From: an uncultured Anaerolineaceae bacterium
GTDB lineage: Bacteria; Chloroflexota; Anaerolineae; Anaerolineales; E44-bin32
Assembly: GCA_964590515.1 (NCBI GenBank)
Contig: CAZPZD010000004.1
Span: 23,223-80,690 of the forward strand
Direction: 5' to 3'
Length of the DNA: 57,468 nucleotides
The position numbers were made by a program, and so were the translations under genes. The notes under the pieces were generated by a model that did not search any database, was not told where the DNA came from, and saw only the letters and a list, made by a program, of their open reading frames with translations. This document shows, in pieces, positions 9,150 through 19,000 of the stretch; position 1 is the first letter of the stretch; every line of letters begins with the position of its first letter.

Positions 9150-10259
9150 ATGGCCAGTTCGTTGAGCGAGCAAGCCGCGTTGGCCGCGGAGTTTATCGAG
9201 CGAGCATGGCCCCAGGCAAAGGAAGCTGCTCGGGGCCTTTTTGATCGAACGGACCAGGATATCCGGCAGGTGATCCTCTGCGGCTGTGGGGACTCGCACC
9301 ACGCCGGCGTCAGCTTGAGCTGGACCATTACAAACTGGACCGGCCTGCCAGCAGTCGGGCTGACTTCGATGGAGACCGCCCGCTACTTGATCCCCCATCT
9401 GAAGTCCGAGGCGGGCAAAGTCTTGCTTGTAGCGATCTCCTCCTCTGGCGCGACCGTCCGCACTCGCGAGGCAGTTGGCTTGGCTAAGGCGGCCGGCATG
9501 GCGACCTTGGCCGTGACCTCGGTCCCCGGCGGGCCGCTGGCCGCTGAGGCCGAGTCATCGATTCAGCTGGAGCTCCCGCCGGAGGCCGCCGGCCCCGGAC
9601 TGCTCAGTTATCTGGGATCGCTGATTGTCGGATTCGCGGTCGGCGCCTGGCTTGCACCGCCGGGTGTCCGAGATCTAGTCGACCGAGGCTTGAAGGAGAT
9701 ACCCGGGTCGCTGGCCGTGTGGCAAGCCGCCCAGGCCGGCCTGTCGGTCGAACTGTTGGAACGGTTCGACCCGGCCTGGCCGCTCGTTTTTCTCGGATCC
9801 GGGCCGGCCCACGGCTCGGCCAGGTTCGCCGCCGCGAAATGCATCGAAGCCAGCGGGCAGGTGGCGTGGGCTCAGGACGTCGAGGAGTGGGCCCACCTTG
9901 AATACTTCTGTGAACCAGCGGAGCTGCCGGTCTGGATCTTGAGCGGAAAGGGAGCAAGCGCCAGTAGAGAACGGGAGATCGCTGAAGCTGCCAGAACGAT
10001 CGGCAGGACATTGGCGCTTAGCGAATGGGAGCCTTCCTTCCAAATGCCGGGCTGGCTCAGGGAAAGTCTGGCGCCGCTCGTGCTTTGGTCGGGGCCGCTG
10101 ATGTTCGCCGATCAGTGGATGAACCGAATTGGACAGGAACCATTTCGCGGGTTCGGCGGAGGTCGCAGCCGCGAGCAAGGAGGAGGGATCAGCCGGATTC
10201 GGAATAGCGCGCGACTCTCCTCGATATCTCAGTTGCACGCATTCAAGAGTCGGAACTGA
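9150..10259 (+). CDS. Tandem SIS-domain sugar-phosphate isomerase/deglycase (GlmS C-terminal/FrlB-like)
   Basis: GCGDSHH, AISSSGAT, FLGSGPAHG, EEWAHLE. Confidence 0.85.
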   Translation: MASSLSEQAALAAEFIERAWPQAKEAARGLFDRTDQDIRQVILCGCGDSHHAGVSLSWTITNWTGLPAVGLTSMETARYLIPHLKSEAGKVLLVAISSSGATVRTREAVGLAKAAGMATLAVTSVPGGPLAAEAESSIQLELPPEAAGPGLLSYLGSLIVGFAVGAWLAPPGVRDLVDRGLKEIPGSLAVWQAAQAGLSVELLERFDPAWPLVFLGSGPAHGSARFAAAKCIEASGQVAWAQDVEEWAHLEYFCEPAELPVWILSGKGASASREREIAEAARTIGRTLALSEWEPSFQMPGWLRESLAPLVLWSGPLMFADQWMNRIGQEPFRGFGGGRSREQGGGISRIRNSARLSSISQLHAFKSRN

Positions 10260-10290
10260 AGTCACATTGTATGGCCTCGACAAACCTGGT

Positions 10291-10296
10291 TATAAT
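10291..10296 (+). promoter_or_regulatory. -10 box upstream of the response regulator
   Basis: Perfect TATAAT in an intergenic gap. Confidence 0.5.
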
Positions 10297-10359
10297 GACG
10301 CGACCGTGGCAGCGAAATCGTCACGCTGCCGAGCTTCTTAGCTGGGGGGCCCCACAAGG

Positions 10360-11025
10360 ATGACAATCGCCAGCGTCCTGCTGATTGAGAGCGGCCGGCC
10401 GAGCGCCCCCTCCTTCGCCTCAGCACTCGAAAAGAAGGGGTTCGCGGTCACGGTCCAGCATGAAGTAGGACTGGCAATCAAGTCGGCTTCAAAGAGTCCT
10501 CCGGATGTACTCATCCTCGATGCAGCCTCAATGCGGACCAGCGGGAGCCGACTGTGCCGGACGGCCAGGGCCAATCTGGACGGCGTACCGATCATCTTGA
10601 TTTCGCCCGAGGGAACCGGATCGGAATCGGCAAACGGGTCGACCGTAAACCTGGTTCAGCCGTTCACGGCTCGCAAGCTCGTCAACCGCGTGTATCGGCT
10701 TCTGCCGGGCGACGACCGGTATTCGCTCCAGGCCGGGCCGATCAAGCTCAACCTCGTTCAACGTAAAGTCAAAGTGCACGGGCGAGAAAGTCGCCTCACT
10801 CCAAAGCAAGCCAAGCTGCTCGAACTCTTCATGCACAATCCGGGAAAACTGCTCACTCGTAAGCAGCTGATCCGGGAGGTCTGGCTCACCGACTACACCG
10901 GCGACACCCGGACTCTAGATGTCCATATGAGCTGGCTCCGGCACGCGGTGGAGGGGAACACGAAGAAGCCGCAGTTCCTGCGCACCATTCGAGGCATAGG
11001 CTACCGCCTCGACGTCCCAAGCTAG
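10360..11025 (+). CDS. OmpR/PhoB-family regulator with an atypical receiver domain
   Basis: C-terminal LTPKQ..TRTLDVHMSWLR..RTIRGIGY winged helix; receiver has ESG in place of EDD and QPF in place of KPF; AAGGA RBS. Confidence 0.9.
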   Translation: MTIASVLLIESGRPSAPSFASALEKKGFAVTVQHEVGLAIKSASKSPPDVLILDAASMRTSGSRLCRTARANLDGVPIILISPEGTGSESANGSTVNLVQPFTARKLVNRVYRLLPGDDRYSLQAGPIKLNLVQRKVKVHGRESRLTPKQAKLLELFMHNPGKLLTRKQLIREVWLTDYTGDTRTLDVHMSWLRHAVEGNTKKPQFLRTIRGIGYRLDVPS

Positions 11026-11091
11026 AATCCACATCTGGGAATCCTCGAATCCGGCCCATCCGAGGGGATGAGTGGCCAACGGGAGGGCGGA

Positions 11092-12354
11092 TCAGTGCAG
11101 CTGGATTCTCCTGGTTACCCAGCCGACCCCGCCCTGGCCGGTCATGACTTGGGCGGCCAGCGTATAGCGGCCCTGCCGGCGGTAGTGATTTGAGAGGACG
11201 GGGATGAACTCGTCCGAGCGCCAACGACGGACCGACTGGGATCGGCTCCGAAAGAGGTGACCATCGTAGTCCCAGTCCACCTCGAATCCCGTCAACGCTT
11301 CAGAATCTGACTCTCCAGCAGCGATCAATCTAGCCTCCACTTGCCGGCCCGTGACCCGAATCCGGATCCTGGGCTTCGCCGCCGGTGCGAGCGGAATCGA
11401 GGGATCTTCCCAGACGCCGAAAGTTCGCCGGGCAGGCTGCAACAGCAAGCGGCGGCGGGTGGTCCCGATCGCCAGGCGGGAGATGTCGCAGGCCAGCCAA
11501 CGCCGATCTAGCCGGTCCGCCACCACCGCGGTCGTTCCAGCGCCGCAGAAGAAGTCTGCGACCAGTCCGCCAGCCTGGCTCGACGCCCCGACGATTCGCT
11601 CGAGCAGCGCTTCCGGCTTCTGGGTCGGATAGCCGGTCCGCTCGCCGTGCATCCGAGCGACGACCGGGAAGTACCACCAGTCTTCGGGCACCTTACCGCG
11701 GCTCAGATCCGGACGTTTGCCGAAACCGGCCTTGGGGGAGCTGGCAAAGGTCTTGGCAGTAGCTGGGTGGTAGGGCATCCGCACCGCATCGGCATTGAAG
11801 GTGTACGCCTTCGACTTCGTATAGACATAGATCGTGTCATGCTTTCGCTTGAATCCGCTGCGAATCGGCGAAGGCCCGTGGTAGACCCAAATGATTTCGT
11901 TGAGTAAGCGATCGGATCCGAAGATCTCGTCCAGCAGCACTCTGCCGTAGGCCGCCGCGTGCCAATCAAGATGCAGGTAGAGAGTCCCAGTCGCGGCCAG
12001 TAAGCGGTGCATGAAGACCAAACGCGGGTAGAGCATGCTCAGGTATTCGGGCAATCCAGACCAGGTGTCTGTGAATCCGCTTGTGGTCTGCCAGGCATCT
12101 GGCCGGCGGGAGTCCTCGACCAGGCCCGTGCGGGCGCGGTAGCGCTTGCCGGAGCGGAACGGTGGATCGGCGTAGATCAGATCGACCTGCCCTTCAAACT
12201 CGGAGAGCAGGGTTGCCATCACGCCGAGATTGTCCCCCAAGATCAACCGATTGGGATTGGAGACCGAGCTGCCTGCGCTCGGGACGACCAGGTTGGTTTG
12301 CAGCAGCGGGCTGGGTGCTGGCGGATCAGACGATTTCCCCGACCACTGGAGCAT
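11092..12354 (-). CDS. Site-specific DNA amino-methyltransferase (N6-A/N4-C, beta class, Mod-like)
   Basis: IYADPPF catalytic motif precedes the DFFCGAGT SAM-binding motif; YPTQKPEALLER; start uncertain. Confidence 0.9.
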   Translation of the reverse strand: MLQWSGKSSDPPAPSPLLQTNLVVPSAGSSVSNPNRLILGDNLGVMATLLSEFEGQVDLIYADPPFRSGKRYRARTGLVEDSRRPDAWQTTSGFTDTWSGLPEYLSMLYPRLVFMHRLLAATGTLYLHLDWHAAAYGRVLLDEIFGSDRLLNEIIWVYHGPSPIRSGFKRKHDTIYVYTKSKAYTFNADAVRMPYHPATAKTFASSPKAGFGKRPDLSRGKVPEDWWYFPVVARMHGERTGYPTQKPEALLERIVGASSQAGGLVADFFCGAGTTAVVADRLDRRWLACDISRLAIGTTRRRLLLQPARRTFGVWEDPSIPLAPAAKPRIRIRVTGRQVEARLIAAGESDSEALTGFEVDWDYDGHLFRSRSQSVRRWRSDEFIPVLSNHYRRQGRYTLAAQVMTGQGGVGWVTRRIQLH

Positions 12355-12382
12355 GGCTGTGGGCGATTCCGCGGGGGTCCCC

Positions 12383-13750
12383 TCAAGCGGGGTTCCGACG
12401 GCCGAACCGTTGCTCGAGGATCAAGGGGAGCTGGGGGGGGCCAATCTCCTCGAGTTCATAGCGCACTCGCTGGGCCGGCTTGTTCAAGGACATCAGCCGG
12501 CTGAGATTGACGGGTGTCCCTATGAGCACCAGGTCGGCCTCTGCCGCATTGATGGTCTGCTCCAGTTCCCGAATCTGGGCCTGGCCATAGCCCATTGCCG
12601 GAAGAATGTTTCCAGTCGTGGGGTACTGCGCATAGGTCGCCGAGATGCTGCCGCGGGCGTACGGACGCGGATCGACAATCTCCCGGGCTTTGAAACGCTG
12701 GGCCGCAATCCAGCCGGCGCCGTAGGACATGCCGCCATGGGTCAACGTGGGACCGTCCTCCACCACCAACACTCGCCGATCGCGGATGGCATCCGGATCC
12801 TCGACCTGGATTGGGGAGTTGGCTTCAATTACCCTGGCATTCGGATTCAGGGTCTTGATATTCCGCCGGACGATTTCTATGTTCGCGGGATCGGCCGTGT
12901 CCATCTTGTTGATGATCAGAATGTCGGCCGAGCGCACGTTCGCCTCGCCGGGATGGTAGGTGAGTTCATGCCCGGGTCGGTGGGGGTCGACGACCACGAT
13001 GTGCAAATCGCTCCGAAAGAACGGCAAATCGTTGTTCCCCCCGTCCCACACGATAATGTCGACTTCAGACTCGGCGGCGCTCAACACCGCGCGGTAGTCG
13101 ATCCCGGCATACACGATCGCCCCCAGGTCGATGTGCGGTTCGTACTCCTCCCGCTCCTCGATGCTGCACTCGTGGCGGTCTAGATCTGCATACTCGGAGA
13201 AGCGTTGGACTGCCTGACGGGTCAGATCCCCGTACGGCATCGGATGGCGTACCACGCCGACCAAATGGCCTAACTGGCGAAGGAGACTCGCCACCCGGCG
13301 GCTTGTCTGGCTCTTGCCGCTGCCGGTGCGGACCGCACACACTGAGACGACCGGCTTACTGGACTGCAGCGTCGTGGTTCCGTTTCCCATGAGCCGAAAA
13401 TCGGCACCGTTAATCAAGACTTCGGAGGCCAGATGCATCACGTACTCATGGGTGACATCGCTGTAGGCAAACACAACTTGGTCGGCCGAATGGGCGTGGA
13501 TCAGTTCGACCAGTTGCTGTTCGGGGTGGATAGGGATTCCTCCGGGGTAGAGCTCGCCGGCCAGGGAGGCCGGGTAGGTCCGGCCTTCAATGTTCGGGAT
13601 TTGAGTTGCCGTGAAGGCGACCACCTGATAGGCGGGATTGTCGCGAAAATAGACATTGAAGTTATGGAAATCTCGTCCGGCGGCACCCATGATAATCACT
13701 CGAGCTGGCTGCATGGTCGCTTTCGAAGGCTCCTCTCCGGTAGCAATCAC
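12383..13750 (-). CDS. P-loop NTPase of the cyclic 2,3-DPG synthetase-like family, ArcE (arginine synthetase)-like
   Basis: GAAGRDFHNFN, AFTATQIP, RTGSGKSQTSR, RHPMPYG, IEEREEYEP, WDGGNND, EDGPTLTHGGM. ATGA overlap with argS; alternative start at 13714. Confidence 0.8.
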   Translation of the reverse strand: MIATGEEPSKATMQPARVIIMGAAGRDFHNFNVYFRDNPAYQVVAFTATQIPNIEGRTYPASLAGELYPGGIPIHPEQQLVELIHAHSADQVVFAYSDVTHEYVMHLASEVLINGADFRLMGNGTTTLQSSKPVVSVCAVRTGSGKSQTSRRVASLLRQLGHLVGVVRHPMPYGDLTRQAVQRFSEYADLDRHECSIEEREEYEPHIDLGAIVYAGIDYRAVLSAAESEVDIIVWDGGNNDLPFFRSDLHIVVVDPHRPGHELTYHPGEANVRSADILIINKMDTADPANIEIVRRNIKTLNPNARVIEANSPIQVEDPDAIRDRRVLVVEDGPTLTHGGMSYGAGWIAAQRFKAREIVDPRPYARGSISATYAQYPTTGNILPAMGYGQAQIRELEQTINAAEADLVLIGTPVNLSRLMSLNKPAQRVRYELEEIGPPQLPLILEQRFGRRNPA

Positions 13751-15549
13751 ATCACGGCAGGCGCTGCAATCCCCAGCAAGTGCAAGCTGTTGGCGAGCGC
13801 CTGTTTTGCGGCGGCGGTCAACCGAAGCCGGGCTGCTTGGATTGCGGTTGATTCCGCCTGCAGCACGGGAATCGCGTGGTAAAAGGCGTGGAAGGTCTTT
13901 GCCAGCTCATAGGCGTAGTTGGCAACGTGGAGCGGCTTGTATTCGGCGGCCGCTCTGAGGACCGTCTCCGGAAAGCGTGAGATCCAATCAATCAGCTCGG
14001 CTTCAAGCGGCGCGAGTGCAAACTCGAAACCGGCGGCGGGGGGCAGCTTGCCGGCCTTTTTCAAAATGCTGCTGGCTCGGACGTGCGCGTTCTGGATGTA
14101 GGGAGCGGCCTGCCCCTCGAAACTCAGGGCCGAGTCCCAATTGAAAACGATGTCCTTGACATTGTCCACCGAGATCAGGGCGTAGGTGAGCGCGCCGAGG
14201 CCAATCTGGCGGGCCACTTCCTCCCTCCGCTCTCCATTCAGTTCAGGGTTCTTCTCGGCAATGATCTGGGCCACCCTCCGCCTCGCCTCGTTGTAGACGT
14301 CCATGAAAAGGACGACGTGTCCATGCCGCGATGACATGGCGCCCTCCGGTAGCGTGACGAATCCGTATGGCAGATGGAAGCATTGGGCGGCCTGGGGAAA
14401 CCCCCAAAGCTCGAGGATCTTGAATACCTGCTGAAAGTGCAGACTCTGTCGGACGTCTACCACGTAGACCGAGCGGTCTACATCGAATTCCTCGAACTTA
14501 CGCTTGGCGAGTGCCAGATCTTTCGCGGCGTAAAGGGTCGTCCCGTCGCTGCGCAGCAGGACCACCGTCCTGAACTTTTCCTTAGTCAAGCCAAGTTTCT
14601 GGTCGAGCTTGACGATCACTGGCCCTTCCGGCCGTTCATCCTCTGCGACTCCGGAAGCGACCAGCTCTCCGACGATCCGTTTGGCGTCTTCGTCCACTTC
14701 GCTCTCGAAGAAGAACACTTCGATTGGAGCTCCGAGGATCCTCAGGATGTCTTCCAATTCGTCCAAACTCCACTTGCGGGTCATCAGCCAAAGCCGGTGA
14801 ACTTCCGGGTCGCCGCTGTCCCAGCGGCGGTACAGCTCGCGGCGTTCTGCGTCGTATTGCTCGCGGCGGGCGCGCTGCTCTGGGGTCTCCTCTTTCGCCG
14901 GTTCGACCAGCGAATTCGCTTCGGCGTATATCCCGGCGAGCCACTGGCCGCGCTCATGGACGCCCTCCGGCTCTTCGCCATTGTGAAACTTGTGGTAGCC
15001 CCAAACGCAAGTCATCACACCCAGGCCGACGTCACCCGGATAGGCCGCCCGGATTGTCGGGTAGCCGGCGAATTCGGTCAGCCGGGCCAGCGACTCCCCG
15101 AGCACGACATTGCGGGCATGGCCAATATGAAATGAGTGGTGGGTGTTGGGTTGGGCGTATTCGACCATGACCCGCTCGGGCTTCGGATCGCCCTTCCCGA
15201 AGTCGGCTCCCCCCTCGACGGCCTCGTCCACTACCCGGGCAGCAAAAAGGCCCGTGTCGAAGTAAGCGTTGAGGTAGGCATTCTGCGCTTCGATCCGCTC
15301 GAATCCAGGAGGCGTTTCGAACTGGCCGGCGACCAACTCGGCAATCTCCCGGGCGCGGGCAGGGACCGTGAGCCCCGGGGCCTTTTTGGCCTCCAGGGCA
15401 GCCGCCTGATAACAGACTGCGGTGCCGATGCCCCACTGTCCTTCGAACGGAGTGGGCGCCCACTGGACGGTTTCGGGCTGGGGGATTCCGGCTCGACCGA
15501 AGGCGGCCAGCACCCGTGCGCTGAGCTCGCGGATCTCCGAATCGAACAT
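13747..15549 (-). CDS. argS: Arginine--tRNA ligase
   Basis: EYAQPN..HIGH, RSDGTTLY, VVDVRQ, AMSSR, PYIQNAHVR, C-terminal DALR-type anticodon-binding domain. Confidence 0.96.
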   Translation of the reverse strand: MFDSEIRELSARVLAAFGRAGIPQPETVQWAPTPFEGQWGIGTAVCYQAAALEAKKAPGLTVPARAREIAELVAGQFETPPGFERIEAQNAYLNAYFDTGLFAARVVDEAVEGGADFGKGDPKPERVMVEYAQPNTHHSFHIGHARNVVLGESLARLTEFAGYPTIRAAYPGDVGLGVMTCVWGYHKFHNGEEPEGVHERGQWLAGIYAEANSLVEPAKEETPEQRARREQYDAERRELYRRWDSGDPEVHRLWLMTRKWSLDELEDILRILGAPIEVFFFESEVDEDAKRIVGELVASGVAEDERPEGPVIVKLDQKLGLTKEKFRTVVLLRSDGTTLYAAKDLALAKRKFEEFDVDRSVYVVDVRQSLHFQQVFKILELWGFPQAAQCFHLPYGFVTLPEGAMSSRHGHVVLFMDVYNEARRRVAQIIAEKNPELNGERREEVARQIGLGALTYALISVDNVKDIVFNWDSALSFEGQAAPYIQNAHVRASSILKKAGKLPPAAGFEFALAPLEAELIDWISRFPETVLRAAAEYKPLHVANYAYELAKTFHAFYHAIPVLQAESTAIQAARLRLTAAAKQALANSLHLLGIAAPAVM

Positions 15550-15613
15550 GGCTTAAGAACCGGCGACGGTAATGCGCTCAGGTTCTCGCGCCTGATTGCC
15601 GCCAGGGCGAGAT

Positions 15614-15645
15614 AAACAAAAGACCTCGACCGTTACGTCGAGGCC
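15614..15645 (-). terminator. Intrinsic terminator after rpsT
   Basis: Minus strand ggcctcgac-gtaacg-gtcgaggtc followed by ttttgttt. Confidence 0.8.
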
Positions 15646-15669
15646 TGAATTGATAGGGGGCTGCACTCT

Positions 15670-15945
15670 CTAACCGCGGTCCTGCTGGGCAGCGGCTAGG
15701 CTCTTCATCAGGCGGCTCTTGCGGCGGGCCGCGTTCTTTCGATGGATCACACCGGCATCGGCTGCTCGATCCAGCTGCTGAATCGCTTCCTTGACGGCCG
15801 CGGCGGCCTGGTCTGGTTTTCCGTCCGCGATCGCCGTTCGGGCGATTCTGACCTGGGTCCGGGCCCGGGTGCGCACAGGCCGATTCCGATCCTGGCGTTT
15901 CTCATTCTGCCGGATCCGTTTCTTCGCAGAGCGCGTGTTTGCCAA
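15670..15945 (-). CDS. rpsT: 30S ribosomal protein S20
   Basis: TTG start, MANTRSAKKRIRQNEKR..DRAADAGVIHRKNAARRKSRL; AAAGGGA RBS. Confidence 0.96.
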   Translation of the reverse strand: MANTRSAKKRIRQNEKRQDRNRPVRTRARTQVRIARTAIADGKPDQAAAAVKEAIQQLDRAADAGVIHRKNAARRKSRLMKSLAAAQQDRG

Positions 15946-16036
15946 TTCAATCCCTTTGCTACGGCAACTTAAGATTGTAGCCGATGCAACACTGCTTGTC
16001 CAGAGACCGGCTTGGACGGGCGCCTGTCGGCTGCCT

Positions 16037-19000
16037 TCAAACCTCCACCAGGTGCACCTCTCCGTCTGCGTCGAGGAAGCACAGCATGCCCTGCGGCGCC
16101 ACGCCCAGGATGCTCGCGGCCGAACGGACATAGCGCTCGACTTGCTTGCGGTGCCGCTCGACTGCGGCGGCCAGGTCAGCTTCGCCCTGCAGCTTATCGG
16201 TCTTGAAATCCACGATTTTCCAACCCCGCTCCGCGCGCCACAGGAGGTCAATCTGGCCGCTCTGTACCTGGCCGGCGGGATCGAAAGCCGTAAACGGGAC
16301 CTCGCGCTGGGCGCCCTGAGCCGCGCGGATCTCTTCCCACAGCGCATGCGCCGCCAGGCGGCCGAGCATCTCTGTAGATTCCGCGACCGCAACCTGGCGC
16401 TGACGCGGGTCCACCAGTCCGGCTCGGAAGGCTTCGTTCTCCATGAACCTGTCATATCCGGCGCTGCCCGGCATCGCAGAACGTTGGATGGCAGCGTGCA
16501 CGATGCGTCCAACGGCGGCCGCCGGGGCGCGGCGGCCGCTACCGGTCGCCCGCCAGGTTCGCTCCGGCTCCTCGTCCAGATCAAGATCGATCTCTTCCTT
16601 GGGCGGAATCGATACCACCCGGTACAGGGGAGGCTCACTCGAGTCCGGCCAGGCGGTGAAGCTGCCGGCCTGGGCCCACCGGCGCCGTTCGGAGTCCGGG
16701 GCAGTCCAAGCGCGCAGCAACTGGCCGCCCGGCAACTTTACAAGCACCTCCTGGCCGACGCCCTCGGCCAATGCTTTCGGATCCATATCCATGAGCTCGA
16801 GGATCCGCTCCATCCAGCCGGCGGTGCTCCAAGCGCCGCGAGTCTGGCTCAGATGACCGCTGACAATCAACCGCTCCCGCGCCCGGGTGGCCGCCACGTA
16901 CAACAGCCGATCCTCCTCGGCCTGTGATTGCTCCGCATCCAACGCCCGTGCAAGCCGATAGGCGGTCGGCTCGCCAACCAATAGGTCCATGGCGGCCGCC
17001 GCGCCGACCTCCTCCATCAGGTATACCGGCTGGGCGCGCCGGGGGCTGCTCCGCGAGGCGTCGGCCAAGACCACCAGGCCAAACTCCAAGCCCTTGGCCT
17101 TGTGAATGGTCATCAGTTGAAGTGCACCGCCCTCGCCGGCCGGTGCTTCGCCCTCCCGCGCGCCAGCTTCGCGCAACACCGACAGATACTCTAGGAAGGC
17201 TCCCACATTCACCAGCGCGCTTGCCTGGGCGTCGTCGACCAGCTTGTCCAGGTTGCGCCACAGCCGGGCGTGCGAGCTGGCGAGCACAGCCCGCCAGTCC
17301 AGTCGCCCGACCAGGCGGCTGATCAGCTCAGCCACCGGGAGCCGCTCGGCCAGCGGGTGCAGTTCATCCAGGGTGGCCTGGGCGCGCCGGGCGGGCGCCA
17401 GATCGTGCGGTTCGAGTAACTGCTCGGCCTTCGCAAGCGCCGCCTGCAGCGGGAGGGTTTCACCGCCGCTGACCCGCAACCGGTACAGCCCGGGATCGCT
17501 GAGTCCGACGGCGGGCGAGCGCAAGAACCCGGCCAACGCCAGGTCGTCGCTGGGATCAGCAATTGCACGCAGGGTATTGACCAGGTCGCGGATCTCCGGT
17601 CGATCGTAGAAGCCGCGGCCGGCGACCGTGACGAACGGGATACCGGCCGCCTCCAGCGCCGACTCGTACGCCTCGAAACCGGCCGAAGCGCGAAACAGCA
17701 GCGCCACCTCGCCCCAGTCCCGGATCACCCCGCTCCCCTGCAACTCGACCAGCCGGTCGGCGAGGGCGCGGGCGGCGGCGGCCCGTCCCTGCTCAGCCCC
17801 CTGCCCGGTGCCGAGCACGATCTCGAGGTGGGGGCCTGCGCCGGAACCGGACGGTTCGGCGCGGTCGGCGGTCAGGGTGGTATAGGGGACCTGGTACAAA
17901 GCAACGCTGTCCTCGCGGCCCATCAATGGACCGACGACGTCGTCGAGCGCTGAGAGCAGCGGGGCGTGCGCCCGGAAGTTGAGCTCGATCTCAGTCGCCA
18001 GGCCGCCGCCGGCCTGCACCTCCTGCCGCTTGCGCCGGAAGACGCGCACGTCGGCCCCGCGGAAGCGGTAGATACTCTGGCGGGCGTCGCCGACCGCGAA
18101 CAGGCACCCGGAACGGTCCCCGACCAAAGCGTCGATGATCCGCCGCTGGCGCTGGTTGGTGTCCTGGAACTCATCGACCAGCACCGCCTCCAGCCGCCCC
18201 CGCCAGCGGTCGCCGACGTCAGCAGTTTCGAGCAATGCCAGGGCGCCGGCCTCCAAATCGTCGAAGTCGAGCGCCAGGTGGGCGTCCAGTGCGCGCCGGT
18301 AGGCGAAAAGTGCCCGATCAAAGAGGGTCTTTAACCGTTGAAGTTGCTCCGCCCAGATCGCGTCGGTTTCGGGCGCTGGCGGTGAATCCTTGGCATTGGC
18401 GCCGCCGATCCAGGTGTTGAGATGCTCGTCGTAGAGATCCTGCAGCGTGTGGATGACGGCGCGGGCTCGGCTTTTGGCGCTGCCCCCGACCTTCTGCAGC
18501 GCCTCGCGCCGGATGGTGAAGAGCACGCCGCAGGTACCCATCAGGTCTCCCGCGTTGAGAGTGACCTCCAGCTCGACCCACAGCTTGAGGAGCCGTGCGG
18601 CGCGCGGGGCAAGCGAGGGCCCGGCGTCCACCTCCATCTCCCCGCCATCCGCCAGCTTGCGCAGCATCTCGATCCCCCCCACGACCCGGCCCAGCCTCAC
18701 GAAGGATTCGACAGCCGCCAGCAGCGTGCGGTTCAGGTTTTCAGCCGAATCGCCGCCCAGCAGTTCGGCGGTCTCGAGGCGGCTTTGCAGCAGGCGTGAC
18801 AGTACGGCCGCCAGTTGGCGAGTCGAGAAAGCTCGGAACAGTTGAACGGCCTCCGGATCGCCGGCGGCCCAGGCCAACGCCTCGGCGACCGCCTGGGCCT
18901 TGAAGGTCAATCCCAGACCTTCATCGACCACCACGAACCCAGGGTCTATTCGCGCCTCGGCCGGATGGGAGCGCAGCACCTCGGCGCACAGACTATGCAT

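Noticed and set aside
15550..15669. Possible T-box leader upstream of argS
   Set aside because: Region is too short and lacks the AGGGTGGNACCGCG T-box motif; the hairpin is explained as the rpsT terminator
15946..16638. 322-aa ORF suggesting an N-terminally extended S20
   Set aside because: The extension is an off-frame overlap with addA; rpsT has its own RBS and TTG start at 15945
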